Shown here: one piece after another, positions 39,434 through 49,270 of the stretch | Position numbering within the stretch: the first letter of the stretch is position 1 | How the letters are laid out: each line of letters begins with the position of its first letter | Source of the DNA: an uncultured virus (IMG/VR IMGVR_UViG_3300025099_000013) | Lineage: Duplodnaviria; Heunggongvirae; Uroviricota; Caudoviricetes | Virus record (IMG/VR): IMGVR_UViG_3300025099_000013 | Reading direction: 5' to 3' (one strand) | DNA: 64,000 bases | Position numbers and translations under genes: made by a program | The notes under the pieces: generated by a model | Told to the model about the DNA's origin: nothing | What the model saw: the letters and a program-made list of their open reading frames with translations, nothing else | Database searches by the model: none

Positions 39434-40755
39434 TGTTCAGCACCTGACCATTCTCCCCATTGTAATTCCGGCTTTTTTCTTGCAGGTGGGGTATCGTACC
39501 CTATTCGGCACATAACACCCTTTCTGCCCCTACCTTCTTTAACTGTTTTGAACTCTTTATACCATGAATTACCTTCTAATGACTCTTCAATCCACCTCTT
39601 TGCTGTCTGATAGTCTCCGTTAGTTACCATTTTGGCAACTTCCTTTACGAGGGTGGACTTAGGCATATCCCGATTCCAAAAGGTTGATTTTATTAACTCC
39701 ATATCTGCATCCATTACTGTTCTTCTCATCCTAAGTGCATCATCAAGATATTTTCTTAATTCATCATTTATTGTTATTTCAAAGACCGGCATTGGGGTAT
39801 ATGTTTCTTGCATCATCCAATACCCTAGCATTAATCTCCTAAATAAATCCGCTTCCCATGACCTAACATCTTTATTTTCTAACCAATCTTGAACATCTTG
39901 TCCGAAGCGTACCTGTACGGGGGGATTTAATATAGCCTCCATTTGACGTTCTAGCAAAAATCTTCTTATAACTTCTCTAAGTGCATTTATCTTTAATCGC
40001 TGTTCGTGAGACATATTAGCCTGTTTTTGATTAGCCCTCTTGAATGCTAATTCTTTCTGAGGGTTCATGTCAATATCTATAATAAAGAACCTTCTGTCAA
40101 GACCGGATTCTAATTCAAATCGACCGGGTTGTGTTCCACCCCATACAGTATATCGGGTTGTGTATCTCACCCACCCACTTCGCATTGACTTATTCACACG
40201 ACCATTATCTGTTGAGGTAAGCATTTGATTCATCATATCTGTGCTGTGGTCTTTATTCCCCGCATCTACCAAACTGCTAAACTCTTCAAACCCTAAGAAT
40301 CCACCACACATCTCACGTGCAAGTGGTCTGCCTACAACTATACCATCTTCATTTACCGAGCCGAACATACCTGCTTCGGTCACGCTATTAGGTCCTATCA
40401 TGGTTCGGAAACCTTCTCCCTTAAATCCTTTTGCATTCCAAAGCAGACCTGTACCTTGTGCTAAGAATGTGTCGATTAAGATTGACTTACCCGAACCTTT
40501 CATACCTCTCATTAATATATGTAGGCGTGTGTCGGCTGCTCTCGCTCCGGGTGTATAGAATGGGGCATTAGGGTGTCTCATAGGACAGGGTTCGATTACA
40601 AACTCTTCCCCTTCTGTAAAATCACAGGTAGCACATTTGTTCATACTGTTAAATATATGCGACCCAACTGATGCTAGAAATATAGGTATCTTATCTTCTA
40701 GGTCTATCAGATAATTCAAATCGCAGTAGTTTTGTGTTGCCTTAAATATATTCAT
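39430..40755 (-). CDS. mcm: MCM-family replicative helicase (short form)
   Basis: HILMRG..GSGKS, SVTEAGMFGSV, GG.LGFEEF, LDRRF; GGTGA RBS before ATG 40755. Confidence 0.8.
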   Translation of the reverse strand: MNIFKATQNYCDLNYLIDLEDKIPIFLASVGSHIFNSMNKCATCDFTEGEEFVIEPCPMRHPNAPFYTPGARAADTRLHILMRGMKGSGKSILIDTFLAQGTGLLWNAKGFKGEGFRTMIGPNSVTEAGMFGSVNEDGIVVGRPLAREMCGGFLGFEEFSSLVDAGNKDHSTDMMNQMLTSTDNGRVNKSMRSGWVRYTTRYTVWGGTQPGRFELESGLDRRFFIIDIDMNPQKELAFKRANQKQANMSHEQRLKINALREVIRRFLLERQMEAILNPPVQVRFGQDVQDWLENKDVRSWEADLFRRLMLGYWMMQETYTPMPVFEITINDELRKYLDDALRMRRTVMDADMELIKSTFWNRDMPKSTLVKEVAKMVTNGDYQTAKRWIEESLEGNSWYKEFKTVKEGRGRKGVMCRIGYDTPPARKKPELQWGEWSGAEQ

Positions 40756-40859
40756 TCGCTCACCCTTAGCAAGCCACTTTCCTTTTTTCAATCTCCTTAA
40801 TTATCTCTTGTTTTCGCCTTTGCGTATGTGTCTTGTGGCTAACGCACCTAGTATTCCCT

Positions 40860-41100
40860 TAAGAAGTTTGTGTAAGAATTAATTCTTTTTATTATTTCTG
40901 TAGCCTACAAAAAGAAATAAACGCTATACTACGCCCCTGTTTGATTAATTCTTTTTTTACGCTATGTAGTTATTTACTTACTACACACCGTGTAGGAGTA
41001 GATATATACCCTACACGAAATAAAATATAAAGAAAAAACGATGCACTGCGCCCCTGTTAATCTTTCAGTAGCAAATAAAAAGAATAAAAAGAATTGAACT
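40860..41100. other. AT-rich non-coding region with direct and inverted repeats (candidate replication origin)
   Basis: ATTAATTCTTTTT twice, CGCCCCTGTT twice, and several inverted repeats; lies directly upstream of mcm. Confidence 0.55.
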
Positions 41101-41526
41101 CTATAAGTGTTTATTCTTCAATCTATCCCTTTTACCACACTCGGAAAAGGGTGTTCTGCTTATTCTACCGTCATTAAAGTCCCAATCACCTTTAGGGTCA
41201 TGCCTAATACAATAACCTTCATTTTTCTCTAAGTCTAATTGATAAGTTGCTAATGCTTTACATGGTTGACCCTTCTTAGTTGTACCTTTGCATTTTGGGC
41301 GTATAGCAGGGTCTTTAGAACACACACCACAAAGACCTAACGGTACTTTTACTCTAGAACTCGGTTTTCTATTGGGCTTAATAACACACCCACAACCTCT
41401 ACAGTAGTCTTGGTGTATTCTATGAGTAACTTTCATAGGTTTTATTTTATTTTCTCTTATGTGTTCATTCAATATCTTTCTGCTTCTCATACTATTCCCT
41501 CCAACAGGCTTGCATTTCATAACCAT
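41101..41526 (-). CDS. Basic Zn-finger protein
   Basis: CRGC, CGVC, CKGTTKKGQPC...YC..H; probable start is ATG 41490. Confidence 0.6.
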   Translation of the reverse strand: MVMKCKPVGGNSMRSRKILNEHIRENKIKPMKVTHRIHQDYCRGCGCVIKPNRKPSSRVKVPLGLCGVCSKDPAIRPKCKGTTKKGQPCKALATYQLDLEKNEGYCIRHDPKGDWDFNDGRISRTPFSECGKRDRLKNKHL

Positions 41527-41929
41527 TAAACCACAACTCGGGGGTTACAGGATGACTACCACCTTCTATTAATATAACATCTAAATCACCACTATTCTTA
41601 AGAGCGATTTTTAACTTCGCTATGAACCAATCTATACCCAATTCAAACCCTTCTTTAACAAAGTCATGCGGCATAGCGACTCCATGCGTTGAAACGCCTA
41701 AAAACATACCTATCTTAGTATATCCCCTAAGCATTATGTTTCTATCTAATTCTTTAGACCACAAAACAAGACAAGCCTCATTGACCGTTTCGTATTCAGC
41801 ACCTAAAGAATAACCAAAGTATAATTGTTTCGCCTCTAGTTTGTTAGGTTTTACACATCCACTCCATTTGAAATTAAAGGGAATTGACGTACTAAGTGGT
41901 CTGGGGCTAAAATCCCCCCGTCTAAGCAT
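41492..41929 (-). CDS. Hypothetical protein
   Basis: 145-aa ORF with a TATA-like element ~30 nt upstream. Confidence 0.55.
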   Translation of the reverse strand: MLRRGDFSPRPLSTSIPFNFKWSGCVKPNKLEAKQLYFGYSLGAEYETVNEACLVLWSKELDRNIMLRGYTKIGMFLGVSTHGVAMPHDFVKEGFELGIDWFIAKLKIALKNSGDLDVILIEGGSHPVTPELWFNGYEMQACWRE

Positions 41930-42289
41930 ATACTGGATGCTAAACGTATTTACTTATAGTCTTATTCATGTTCCTTAGGTCGCCATCCGGTGTTTTCGCA
42001 ATCGTCTACGAAGTGCAAACCTCCCTTTTTTAGACAATCGGGACAAAAATCTGGATGCCACTCTGTTAATAGATAATATTGCTCTAAACAATGAACACAT
42101 TCCCATAGAGTAACAGGTATTTCTTCCTCTATTTCATCAAAGCCAAACCTACTCGTGAGAAAGCCCCAAGAACTCCTTTTTAGCCTTTTTCCCTATAAGA
42201 GTTTGGTCGTCTTGCTACCACGACATCTCGCTATAAAACTGGCTCAAGAACTCTACCGAAAAACACCTACAATAGAGAGAAGAAATATT

Positions 42290-42598
42290 TCATTCCTCTT
42301 CATCAAGATAACTCATAAAGTCATCCACTGTCTCTTTAAGCCAATCTCCTTCATCCTTATAGACCTTTTCCTCTTCTTCTTCCTCTACCGGAAATATTTC
42401 GTCAGCCCAATACTCGAGGACACCCCAATTAATACCGTTCTCGGCATCGTGATTTCGCTCTGCCCGTCTCAAAACTTCCATACATTGGTCTGGGGTTAAA
42501 TCCGGTCTTATCGACTGTACGTCGTCTGTATGCCAGAGCACCACTATGCTGTTCTTGTCGTTCCATATTATTTGGTCATATAATTCATTAATTCTCAT
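42290..42598 (-). CDS. Hypothetical protein
   Basis: Coupled ORF; W..DDV...RPDLT..QC.EVL...HDA..GINW pattern. Confidence 0.6.
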   Translation of the reverse strand: MRINELYDQIIWNDKNSIVVLWHTDDVQSIRPDLTPDQCMEVLRRAERNHDAENGINWGVLEYWADEIFPVEEEEEEKVYKDEGDWLKETVDDFMSYLDEEE

Positions 42599-42914
42599 TT
42601 AGTTCACTCCATTCTTTTTCTGTGAATACGACAACATTACCTAGAGGATGTTTCTTACCTCCAAGATAACTCGGGTGTTGGAAGCAAAGAGGATTTATAG
42701 GCAGACCTTTTAGTATTGCTTCCTCATTTACTAAGGCGTTTTCTCCTGTGCTGAGTATCATGTGAGTCACCCATCCACCGACTGCTGTTTGGAAATCTCT
42801 CATACACAAGAACTCCATCTTGCCTAAGTCTTGCTCTACGCCAGTCCATCTCAATAATTTAACCACTCGAATCAATCCTCCTTCCACTTCCACAAACTGA
42901 GCATTTGTACTCAT
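42588..42914 (-). CDS. DUF3846-like protein
   Basis: Q.AVGGW, VNEE....LP.N, GNVVV motifs. Confidence 0.6.
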   Translation of the reverse strand: MSTNAQFVEVEGGLIRVVKLLRWTGVEQDLGKMEFLCMRDFQTAVGGWVTHMILSTGENALVNEEAILKGLPINPLCFQHPSYLGGKKHPLGNVVVFTEKEWSELNEN

Positions 42915-43500
42915 TATAACAATTCCCGAGTTTAGTATGTATATCTAACTCGCATTGACCGGTATTAGTATTAGAGTAACCCCCTTTACAGCCAAACGAG
43001 TATAGTTGGCACTCAGAAGGTGTATCTCCAGCAATCAATACAACTCCACCATTTGCTCCGTACCACCTGCATTGTGCTCTTTTAGAGGTCTTATGCGTAT
43101 AATCTCCCCACTCTTTATCCCACCAGAGATATAGTCTAGCATTCTCTTTTTCACCCATCCAGAGTTTCCAAAGTCTTTTCTCTTCAAGGCTAGTTTTCTC
43201 AGCGAGAACCACACGCTTACTATCGAGTTGACCGAAATTGGCGAGATTATATATTTGACAATCTCTATACAATTCCCAGTCGAAATCTTCACCTAAACTC
43301 ATAATTCGCTCTGCGGTTTTTATACTTCTCGACATTCGCTCAACCGGATTCCAAATTGGCTCACCATCTGATTTAGCCTTTTCTCTTTCATATAGTGTCT
43401 CAACCATTTCATGTAATGACCTATTATTAGGTGGTCCAGCAAAAAGGTCTACCGGCCACATATCAAAGTATCTCTCATTCCAAATATGCTCTATTCCCAT
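42859..43500 (-). CDS. Hypothetical protein with C-terminal Zn ribbon
   Basis: 213-aa ORF ending CSVCG...DSSG. Confidence 0.6.
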   Translation of the reverse strand: MGIEHIWNERYFDMWPVDLFAGPPNNRSLHEMVETLYEREKAKSDGEPIWNPVERMSRSIKTAERIMSLGEDFDWELYRDCQIYNLANFGQLDSKRVVLAEKTSLEEKRLWKLWMGEKENARLYLWWDKEWGDYTHKTSKRAQCRWYGANGGVVLIAGDTPSECQLYSFGCKGGYSNTNTGQCELDIHTKLGNCYNEYKCSVCGSGRRIDSSG

Positions 43501-43838
43501 AAAGTATCTCTCCTAGTGTACGCTCTAAATCTATCTAACTCTTGCTTAAGATACTCTATTTCCACTTTCATACCTCTAATAGTGTCGATTACTTCCTCGT
43601 CACTAAGAAACTCTTTTTCATTAATATTAAATACCTGTCGAATTATGGGTCCCATAATCTCATCTGTTCTCAAGAAGCCAACAATTTCCTCGTGGACCAA
43701 TTGCTTAAACTCAGCCCAATCTAAAACTCCTGCTGTAATGTGGTCTTGTAACTCTTTCTCAGTCATAACACCTTTCCTCTTTTGCTCCCATCTAATATAC
43801 TCTTGCTGTTTATTTATTTTCTCAAACTCATTTGTCAT
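43491..43838 (-). CDS. Hypothetical protein
   Basis: ATGA-coupled ORF. Confidence 0.6.
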   Translation of the reverse strand: MTNEFEKINKQQEYIRWEQKRKGVMTEKELQDHITAGVLDWAEFKQLVHEEIVGFLRTDEIMGPIIRQVFNINEKEFLSDEEVIDTIRGMKVEIEYLKQELDRFRAYTRRDTLWE

Positions 43839-44071
43839 TCTTCTTCCTCCTCACAATGTTCTCTTAAACTATCCCAATCAATAGTCGTGAAATCTATTAG
43901 GTCTGTGTAAAAGTGGGCTGTTGAGCCATATTGCTTCTCCATCATATCAAGGAACTCATCTTCTATCGTTTCCTCTAGATAATTCACATCACTCACAGTT
44001 CTAGGCTCATACCACAAATTGACGAGCCATGTTGCCCTGTTCCTCCAACCATTTACTTCTCTATTACACAT
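43835..44071 (-). CDS. Hypothetical protein
   Basis: NGW.N.ATWLVNLW motif; GGAG RBS; first gene after the boxed promoter at 44181-44205. Confidence 0.6.
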   Translation of the reverse strand: MCNREVNGWRNRATWLVNLWYEPRTVSDVNYLEETIEDEFLDMMEKQYGSTAHFYTDLIDFTTIDWDSLREHCEEEEE

Positions 44072-44230
44072 ATTGAATCTCCATAAGTGCAAGAGGGCTA
44101 AGGCAGGAGAATACCGGAAAGAATGTCTCTATGAAATGAATGCGCCTCAGCCCCCTTACACTACTTCTAAAAGTTTATACTATATAAACAGTTTTATCTC
44201 TTGAGTTCCCGCAGAAACTCTACCGTATAT

Positions 44231-44389
44231 CTATAATAATTCATTTACTGTCGTCTCGAACAATTCATGAGCAGCACATGATACACACTCGGGATGGTCG
44301 CACACTCTGAATAAGATAGGTTGGTAGACACCATCCTCAAAAACAACAGGTCTAGTATTACAATAGTCGCATACTTCCTCAGAAATCAT
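44231..44389 (-). CDS. 52-aa Zn-finger microprotein
   Basis: MISEEVCDYC...VCDHPECVSC; begins immediately after the upstream stop. Confidence 0.5.
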   Translation of the reverse strand: MISEEVCDYCNTRPVVFEDGVYQPILFRVCDHPECVSCAAHELFETTVNELL

Positions 44390-44390
44390 G

Positions 44391-44624
44391 TTAGTCCCTC
44401 TTTAGAGTATGGCCTCTTGCGTTTATGATGTCGATTAAATTATCTCCTTTACATTCATAACAGGTCCAATACTTAGGTCTGGTATGTGTTCGGTCTATCA
44501 AATCTATATGACCTGCGCAGGTCATAGCACCACACGCCTCACACATGGCTCCTTCTTCGTAAAAATTCTCTGCTTTACAGCCGACACAGTAAAAATAACT
44601 CACATCATTATCAAATCTGGTCAT
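44391..44624 (-). CDS. Zn-finger protein
   Basis: CVGC, CEAC, CAGH, CYEC. Confidence 0.6.
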   Translation of the reverse strand: MTRFDNDVSYFYCVGCKAENFYEEGAMCEACGAMTCAGHIDLIDRTHTRPKYWTCYECKGDNLIDIINARGHTLKRD

Positions 44625-44890
44625 TCCTCTTCCTCCTTTTTCTTCAAGTATTGAGGGTAATCCTCTCTAAACATCTCATAGAGCAACTTTTCTGCCTTAG
44701 CCTCATCGTAGTGGTACTGAGCGTATAGGTTGAGTATCGTATAGAAGTTTTCTCCATCGTTCCAACTACCATCCTTACCACAATGTTCGGGTCTTGGCTC
44801 TTCATCAATAGCATACATCTGTCCGAGGTCAATCTGCCTCTCTATATCTGTGCGACAATTGTGTAAGAACTCTTCATCCGTATCAGTCAT
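44621..44890 (-). CDS. Hypothetical protein
   Basis: ATGA-coupled to ardC. Confidence 0.55.
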   Translation of the reverse strand: MTDTDEEFLHNCRTDIERQIDLGQMYAIDEEPRPEHCGKDGSWNDGENFYTILNLYAQYHYDEAKAEKLLYEMFREDYPQYLKKKEEEE

Positions 44891-46092
44891 TCCTCTTCCT
44901 CCATTAATTCTGTTGCTCTTAATGCGCCTAACTCATCAACCATAATGGTCTTATCACCAACTCTTCTTATTGCCTCTTCTATACTAATCTCAATGTTTTC
45001 GACATTTTGTTGCCAAGGCTCTAGAATATAGTTGACCGCTTTCTGTGCTTTCTGAGCCGCTGTTGTCAAAAATCTTGGCTCTTTAGAAAGAACAGTCGCC
45101 CAATTGTTGATATACTCAACATTACGAAGTTCTCCTTGAATGTTAAAATTACCTAAGAGGAAGGCTGTGCCGAACTCGGCAATCAACTCCTCCTTAGCAT
45201 AATCTTCGCTCCCGAATCTATTACCAAGAGCACGATTAAGTCGAAGGGGATGACCGGTACTATGCACTATCTCATGACCCTTAACTGATAGATAACTCGC
45301 ATTATCGTCAAACTGCTCATGAAGAGGAAGTGCTATCCTATCACGACCACTTGTATAAAACGCTCTATCACCGCCATGTTTTAACTCAATTCTGCCTTTT
45401 CTCATAACCCACTGTGCCTCTGTTGCTTTTTGACCGTCAGGCATTATATCTCCGATGGCTTTAGCAACTCTATTAGGATTATCGACATAGTAATTAAGAC
45501 AATTCTCAAGATTTAACTCATTTTCTGCAAACTCATCTGCTGTCAATTCTATCTCTTCTTTAGGAATACGAGGAAGTCCTGTTTGGTCACGGTTGAATAC
45601 CTCAAAACAACGCATCAATAAACTCTGATACATATACTCTTCGCTTTCTCCCGTTTCCCTATTCTTTCTCTCACCAACTCTAACACCCGATGGTTTGTAG
45701 AGAACAATAGTCGTACCCACTTCTCCTTTTTGAACACCATACCACTCGGTTGTGTGCTTGTAGGGCTCGCCTTTTCTGCTTATTTTAGTCTCAAACTTAC
45801 CCTCTTTGATTGCGTGTTTTCTCGATTCCTCTTTCCAACCATGATAGGTCGCCCAAGTATTAGACTCATATTCCATACCGCTCAGCCAAAGTATGACCGT
45901 ATTAATTCCACTATATGGTCTACCTTTGTGATTATGGGGCATAGTGTCTCCACCGAGCATCTTCCACCCCTTACTCCAACCATTTACTTCGCCTTCTCTA
46001 ATTTTTCTAATGAAGTCGTCTGCAAGTTTTTGCTCAAACTCCTTTTTCTTATCGCCCCTCAGGGAACGCCCAAACTCTTTGCTTTTTGCCAT
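44887..46092 (-). CDS. ardC: ArdC-family anti-restriction ssDNA-binding protein with a zincin domain
   Basis: YSGIN...LW, WATY..W, F.VFN..Q; HEIVHSTGH..RLNR, YA.EELIAE.G.AFL, YI..W. Confidence 0.9.
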   Translation of the reverse strand: MAKSKEFGRSLRGDKKKEFEQKLADDFIRKIREGEVNGWSKGWKMLGGDTMPHNHKGRPYSGINTVILWLSGMEYESNTWATYHGWKEESRKHAIKEGKFETKISRKGEPYKHTTEWYGVQKGEVGTTIVLYKPSGVRVGERKNRETGESEEYMYQSLLMRCFEVFNRDQTGLPRIPKEEIELTADEFAENELNLENCLNYYVDNPNRVAKAIGDIMPDGQKATEAQWVMRKGRIELKHGGDRAFYTSGRDRIALPLHEQFDDNASYLSVKGHEIVHSTGHPLRLNRALGNRFGSEDYAKEELIAEFGTAFLLGNFNIQGELRNVEYINNWATVLSKEPRFLTTAAQKAQKAVNYILEPWQQNVENIEISIEEAIRRVGDKTIMVDELGALRATELMEEEE

Positions 46093-46321
46093 GCTACAAC
46101 ATTAGTTAGACAGTATATAATGGTTTGTATCTCTTGAGATATACCGCTATGACTCTACCGAAACCTAATTAATATTCTTGGAGTACGACTCTAGAGTATA
46201 TACGTCTTTTACTGTTCTGCTCGACCTTGCTCCGCAATTTTTACATTTTAATTGCTCTATAACGAGCCATTCTTTAGGGAAATACTCAAAGCCTTCTAAC
46301 TCTAAATCGCATTTGTGAATC

Positions 46322-47935
46322 TCACTTTCTCTTTCCAATCATATCTCCCCATAAATTAATTGACCTTCTGCCTGTTTTGGTGAGTCTAGGCTGACAATGG
46401 TGAAGTGCTCCTTCTTGTCTCAATAACTTATGACACTTGTCGCATATATGTTTTGGTTTCTCAACTTTTGGTTTTCTCTTGGGTAACTCAGGCTTTTCTT
46501 CTTGGCCGACCTTGCGTAAGCCTGAACTCGGATGATACTTCCACCACTCGATAGTACCATCGGGGAGTTTGCCACCGTATTTGAGATTCACTATACCCTT
46601 TTGGTCGGTTGTATTGGGTACAAAGAGAAGATACACAACAGCCTCGGTTTTATCACCACGTCTCAAGCAACGACCAAGTGTTTGAACTCTAGCACGAGCC
46701 GAATTAGTACCGCTCACCATGATACCTAAGTCGCACGAGGGTACATCTATACCTTCTCTAAGAGCCTTACATGATAGTAATAATTGAGAATCACCGTTAG
46801 CAAATCGGTCTAATGCCTTGTCGTTTTCACCTTTAGGTCGCTTGCCATGATATATCTCGGGATTCATACCAATCCACTCGGAACAATCCGGTGGACTCAT
46901 AGCCACTTGCTCCCATGTGTGCTCACAATTTGGTAATGTCTCGGGTGCAATCCCCTCATATTTAGTATTCATCCACTCTAACTGCTTAATACGCTCGTGG
47001 AATATCATGGTCTTACTATTTTCATGCAGTCTCAATATATCATCAATTACCTCGAATCTGAAATGTGCCTCATTGACAAGTCTCTTGCGTGTCATACATA
47101 GGTCTTTGAAGGTCACTAATGCCATATCGGGGTCACTAGGGTCAACTCTCAGCGTGAACCAATTAGTCGAACCATATTTTCTGCGGAGAACGAATGACAC
47201 TCTTCTTATTTGATTGGTCAAGTCATCATATTCTGATTGCTCTGCACGACTAAGTGGTACTGAAATTGCTCTAACAGTAAATGGGATTATGACCCCATCA
47301 CTCAATGCTTCGTCGAACTTGTAATTATACACAATTGGTCCACAGAGATGTGATACAACGGTCAAACCACTATCTTCTCTTGCTGGAGTTGCACTAAGAC
47401 CCAATACCGCAGTATGAGCATTATTACGAATAGCATATTGTCGAAACTCTGAACCTATATTATGGCACTCATCAACAACAATGAGGTGTGGACCATCCAC
47501 TTCGGGCAGACCTTTTGCTGCCGTGTTCATAGTCGCAATAGAGATTTGTTGGAAATCTGCACGACCACCACCTAACATACCAATTCTCATATTAGGAAAC
47601 GCTCTAACCATATCTCCACGCCACTGTCTCTGTAATCCCCTAGTCGGAACAAGGATAGTTACTCTACCGGTTGGGTTATCTTGTAACCAGACCCAAATAC
47701 ACTCTATTGCTGTAACGGTCTTACCTGCTCCGGTTACTGCTGAGATTATACCATAGAATTCTCTATCGTTGGGTAAACTCTCGCCTGTGCGGGGGTCTTT
47801 TACTATACCAACTCCAGCCCAAGCCTGTACTGCTCCTTCTTGCCAGAGATATAGGCTCAAATCTTTGTGTTGGTCATCATGCAACTCTTTTAGTCTATTA
47901 GAGACATTAGTCGGTAAGTTTTCTCTTTCTATCAT
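46322..47935 (-). CDS. SF2 helicase, XPB/Rad25-like
   Basis: WQ..AV, TGAGKT, DECH, LSATP, EGIDVP, QTLGRCLR. Confidence 0.9.
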   Translation of the reverse strand: MIERENLPTNVSNRLKELHDDQHKDLSLYLWQEGAVQAWAGVGIVKDPRTGESLPNDREFYGIISAVTGAGKTVTAIECIWVWLQDNPTGRVTILVPTRGLQRQWRGDMVRAFPNMRIGMLGGGRADFQQISIATMNTAAKGLPEVDGPHLIVVDECHNIGSEFRQYAIRNNAHTAVLGLSATPAREDSGLTVVSHLCGPIVYNYKFDEALSDGVIIPFTVRAISVPLSRAEQSEYDDLTNQIRRVSFVLRRKYGSTNWFTLRVDPSDPDMALVTFKDLCMTRKRLVNEAHFRFEVIDDILRLHENSKTMIFHERIKQLEWMNTKYEGIAPETLPNCEHTWEQVAMSPPDCSEWIGMNPEIYHGKRPKGENDKALDRFANGDSQLLLSCKALREGIDVPSCDLGIMVSGTNSARARVQTLGRCLRRGDKTEAVVYLLFVPNTTDQKGIVNLKYGGKLPDGTIEWWKYHPSSGLRKVGQEEKPELPKRKPKVEKPKHICDKCHKLLRQEGALHHCQPRLTKTGRRSINLWGDMIGKRK

Positions 47936-48561
47936 TCTTCTTCGCTCCGTAATTCATCATAGAACTCTGCTAACTCCCTTCGCTCTTCATCTATACTCAG
48001 AAGGATAAGGGCAACTCTTTCAATATCAGAGGGCTTAAGATATGTAACTCCATTATCACAATTCTCTGGCAATACTTTAGAGCAAGCCAAAGTCATGAGT
48101 TTCATAGCATCATAGGCCTCCATTCGGGCTTTCTCATGCTTAGACCACATAGCATATGGGTACATGGCTCCACCTTTCCTGTCTTGAGTAACCTCAGAAC
48201 GTGTTTTGAATGATTTCCACTCGCCTGTCTCTGGTATAGCGACCACATATCTATGATGAGCGGGTACTGTATCAAATATCTCGGACTTACGGAAACCTTG
48301 CTCGTTAGTTGCTGAACCCCACTCTTCTTTTTGCTCTTGACTCCATGCTTTATCTGATGGGTCATAGAGTTTATAGAAATAGTATTTAGTTTGAGTTATC
48401 ACATTTTCTTGTTGTCGTATGAGATAATCCATCGGTTGTGATGGACCATAATCTCCTAAATCATCTTCTGCTGTCTCTTTATTCATCCGGCTAACCTCTT
48501 TCACTACCTTCTGTGCATAATCACATATAAACATTTCTTGGTCTTGAGTTAGTGTTACCAC
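47932..48561 (-). CDS. Hypothetical protein
   Basis: 209-aa coupled ORF. Confidence 0.6.
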   Translation of the reverse strand: MVTLTQDQEMFICDYAQKVVKEVSRMNKETAEDDLGDYGPSQPMDYLIRQQENVITQTKYYFYKLYDPSDKAWSQEQKEEWGSATNEQGFRKSEIFDTVPAHHRYVVAIPETGEWKSFKTRSEVTQDRKGGAMYPYAMWSKHEKARMEAYDAMKLMTLACSKVLPENCDNGVTYLKPSDIERVALILLSIDEERRELAEFYDELRSEEE

Positions 48562-49040
48562 TCAACAGTTGCTTCGTCGTCGTCATCACTTTGAGCCCAA
48601 ACATGATAATGTTGATGTCGTGCTATAAAGCCTCCGAGTTTGGAAATAACTCCAATAGCATAAGCCTCACAATGAATACATCTCACCATAGCAATAGGCT
48701 CATTATATGTCGTAACACCATCCTCTATTGTAATAATCTCTGATTTACCTACGTCGTTGAGGTGATAGACTTTTTGTTGTCGCATCTCGCTATCAACAAT
48801 AACCACGTCGGGTTCTAGGAAATCTCTTTCTGATTCGGTCAAGATACGCATTTCGTCGGTTGTGATAATAGGTCTGGTGTAGGTCTTATTTTCCTTCGCC
48901 ACCTCTATACCACACGGAGCACAATAGAAATTGTCGTGTGCATATAACTCAATATCATCATCACAATCCTCCTTATTACATCCCAATCTCATTTTATCGC
49001 CTCTTTTCTGTATAGCCTCACGCTTATCATATACTACCAT
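48555..49040 (-). CDS. Zn-finger hypothetical protein
   Basis: C....C, CAPC, CIHC...H..H; probable start is ATG 48992 after a GAGGCGA RBS. Confidence 0.6.
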   Translation of the reverse strand: MVVYDKREAIQKRGDKMRLGCNKEDCDDDIELYAHDNFYCAPCGIEVAKENKTYTRPIITTDEMRILTESERDFLEPDVVIVDSEMRQQKVYHLNDVGKSEIITIEDGVTTYNEPIAMVRCIHCEAYAIGVISKLGGFIARHQHYHVWAQSDDDDEATVEW

Positions 49041-49270
49041 TGTATTACCTAGTTATTAATGGTTTTCATCTCTTGAGATATCTAGCGGGAGAACTACCTA
49101 CCGTACCTTTTTCCGAATATCCAGAGACATGAGTATCTTTACGCCTACTCTTAAAAGAGTAGAATGAAAATCGGTAGGAACTCAAGAGTCAGCATTGTTT
49201 ATATAGTATAATCTTTTAATGGTAGTATGTTGAAACGGGAGGAAACGAAACCCCGAGGAGGTGATAAGTT

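Noticed and set aside
25682..40755. Inteins or introns in polB, rfcS or mcm
   Set aside because: Lengths are compact, catalytic motifs are uninterrupted and no splice motifs were seen.
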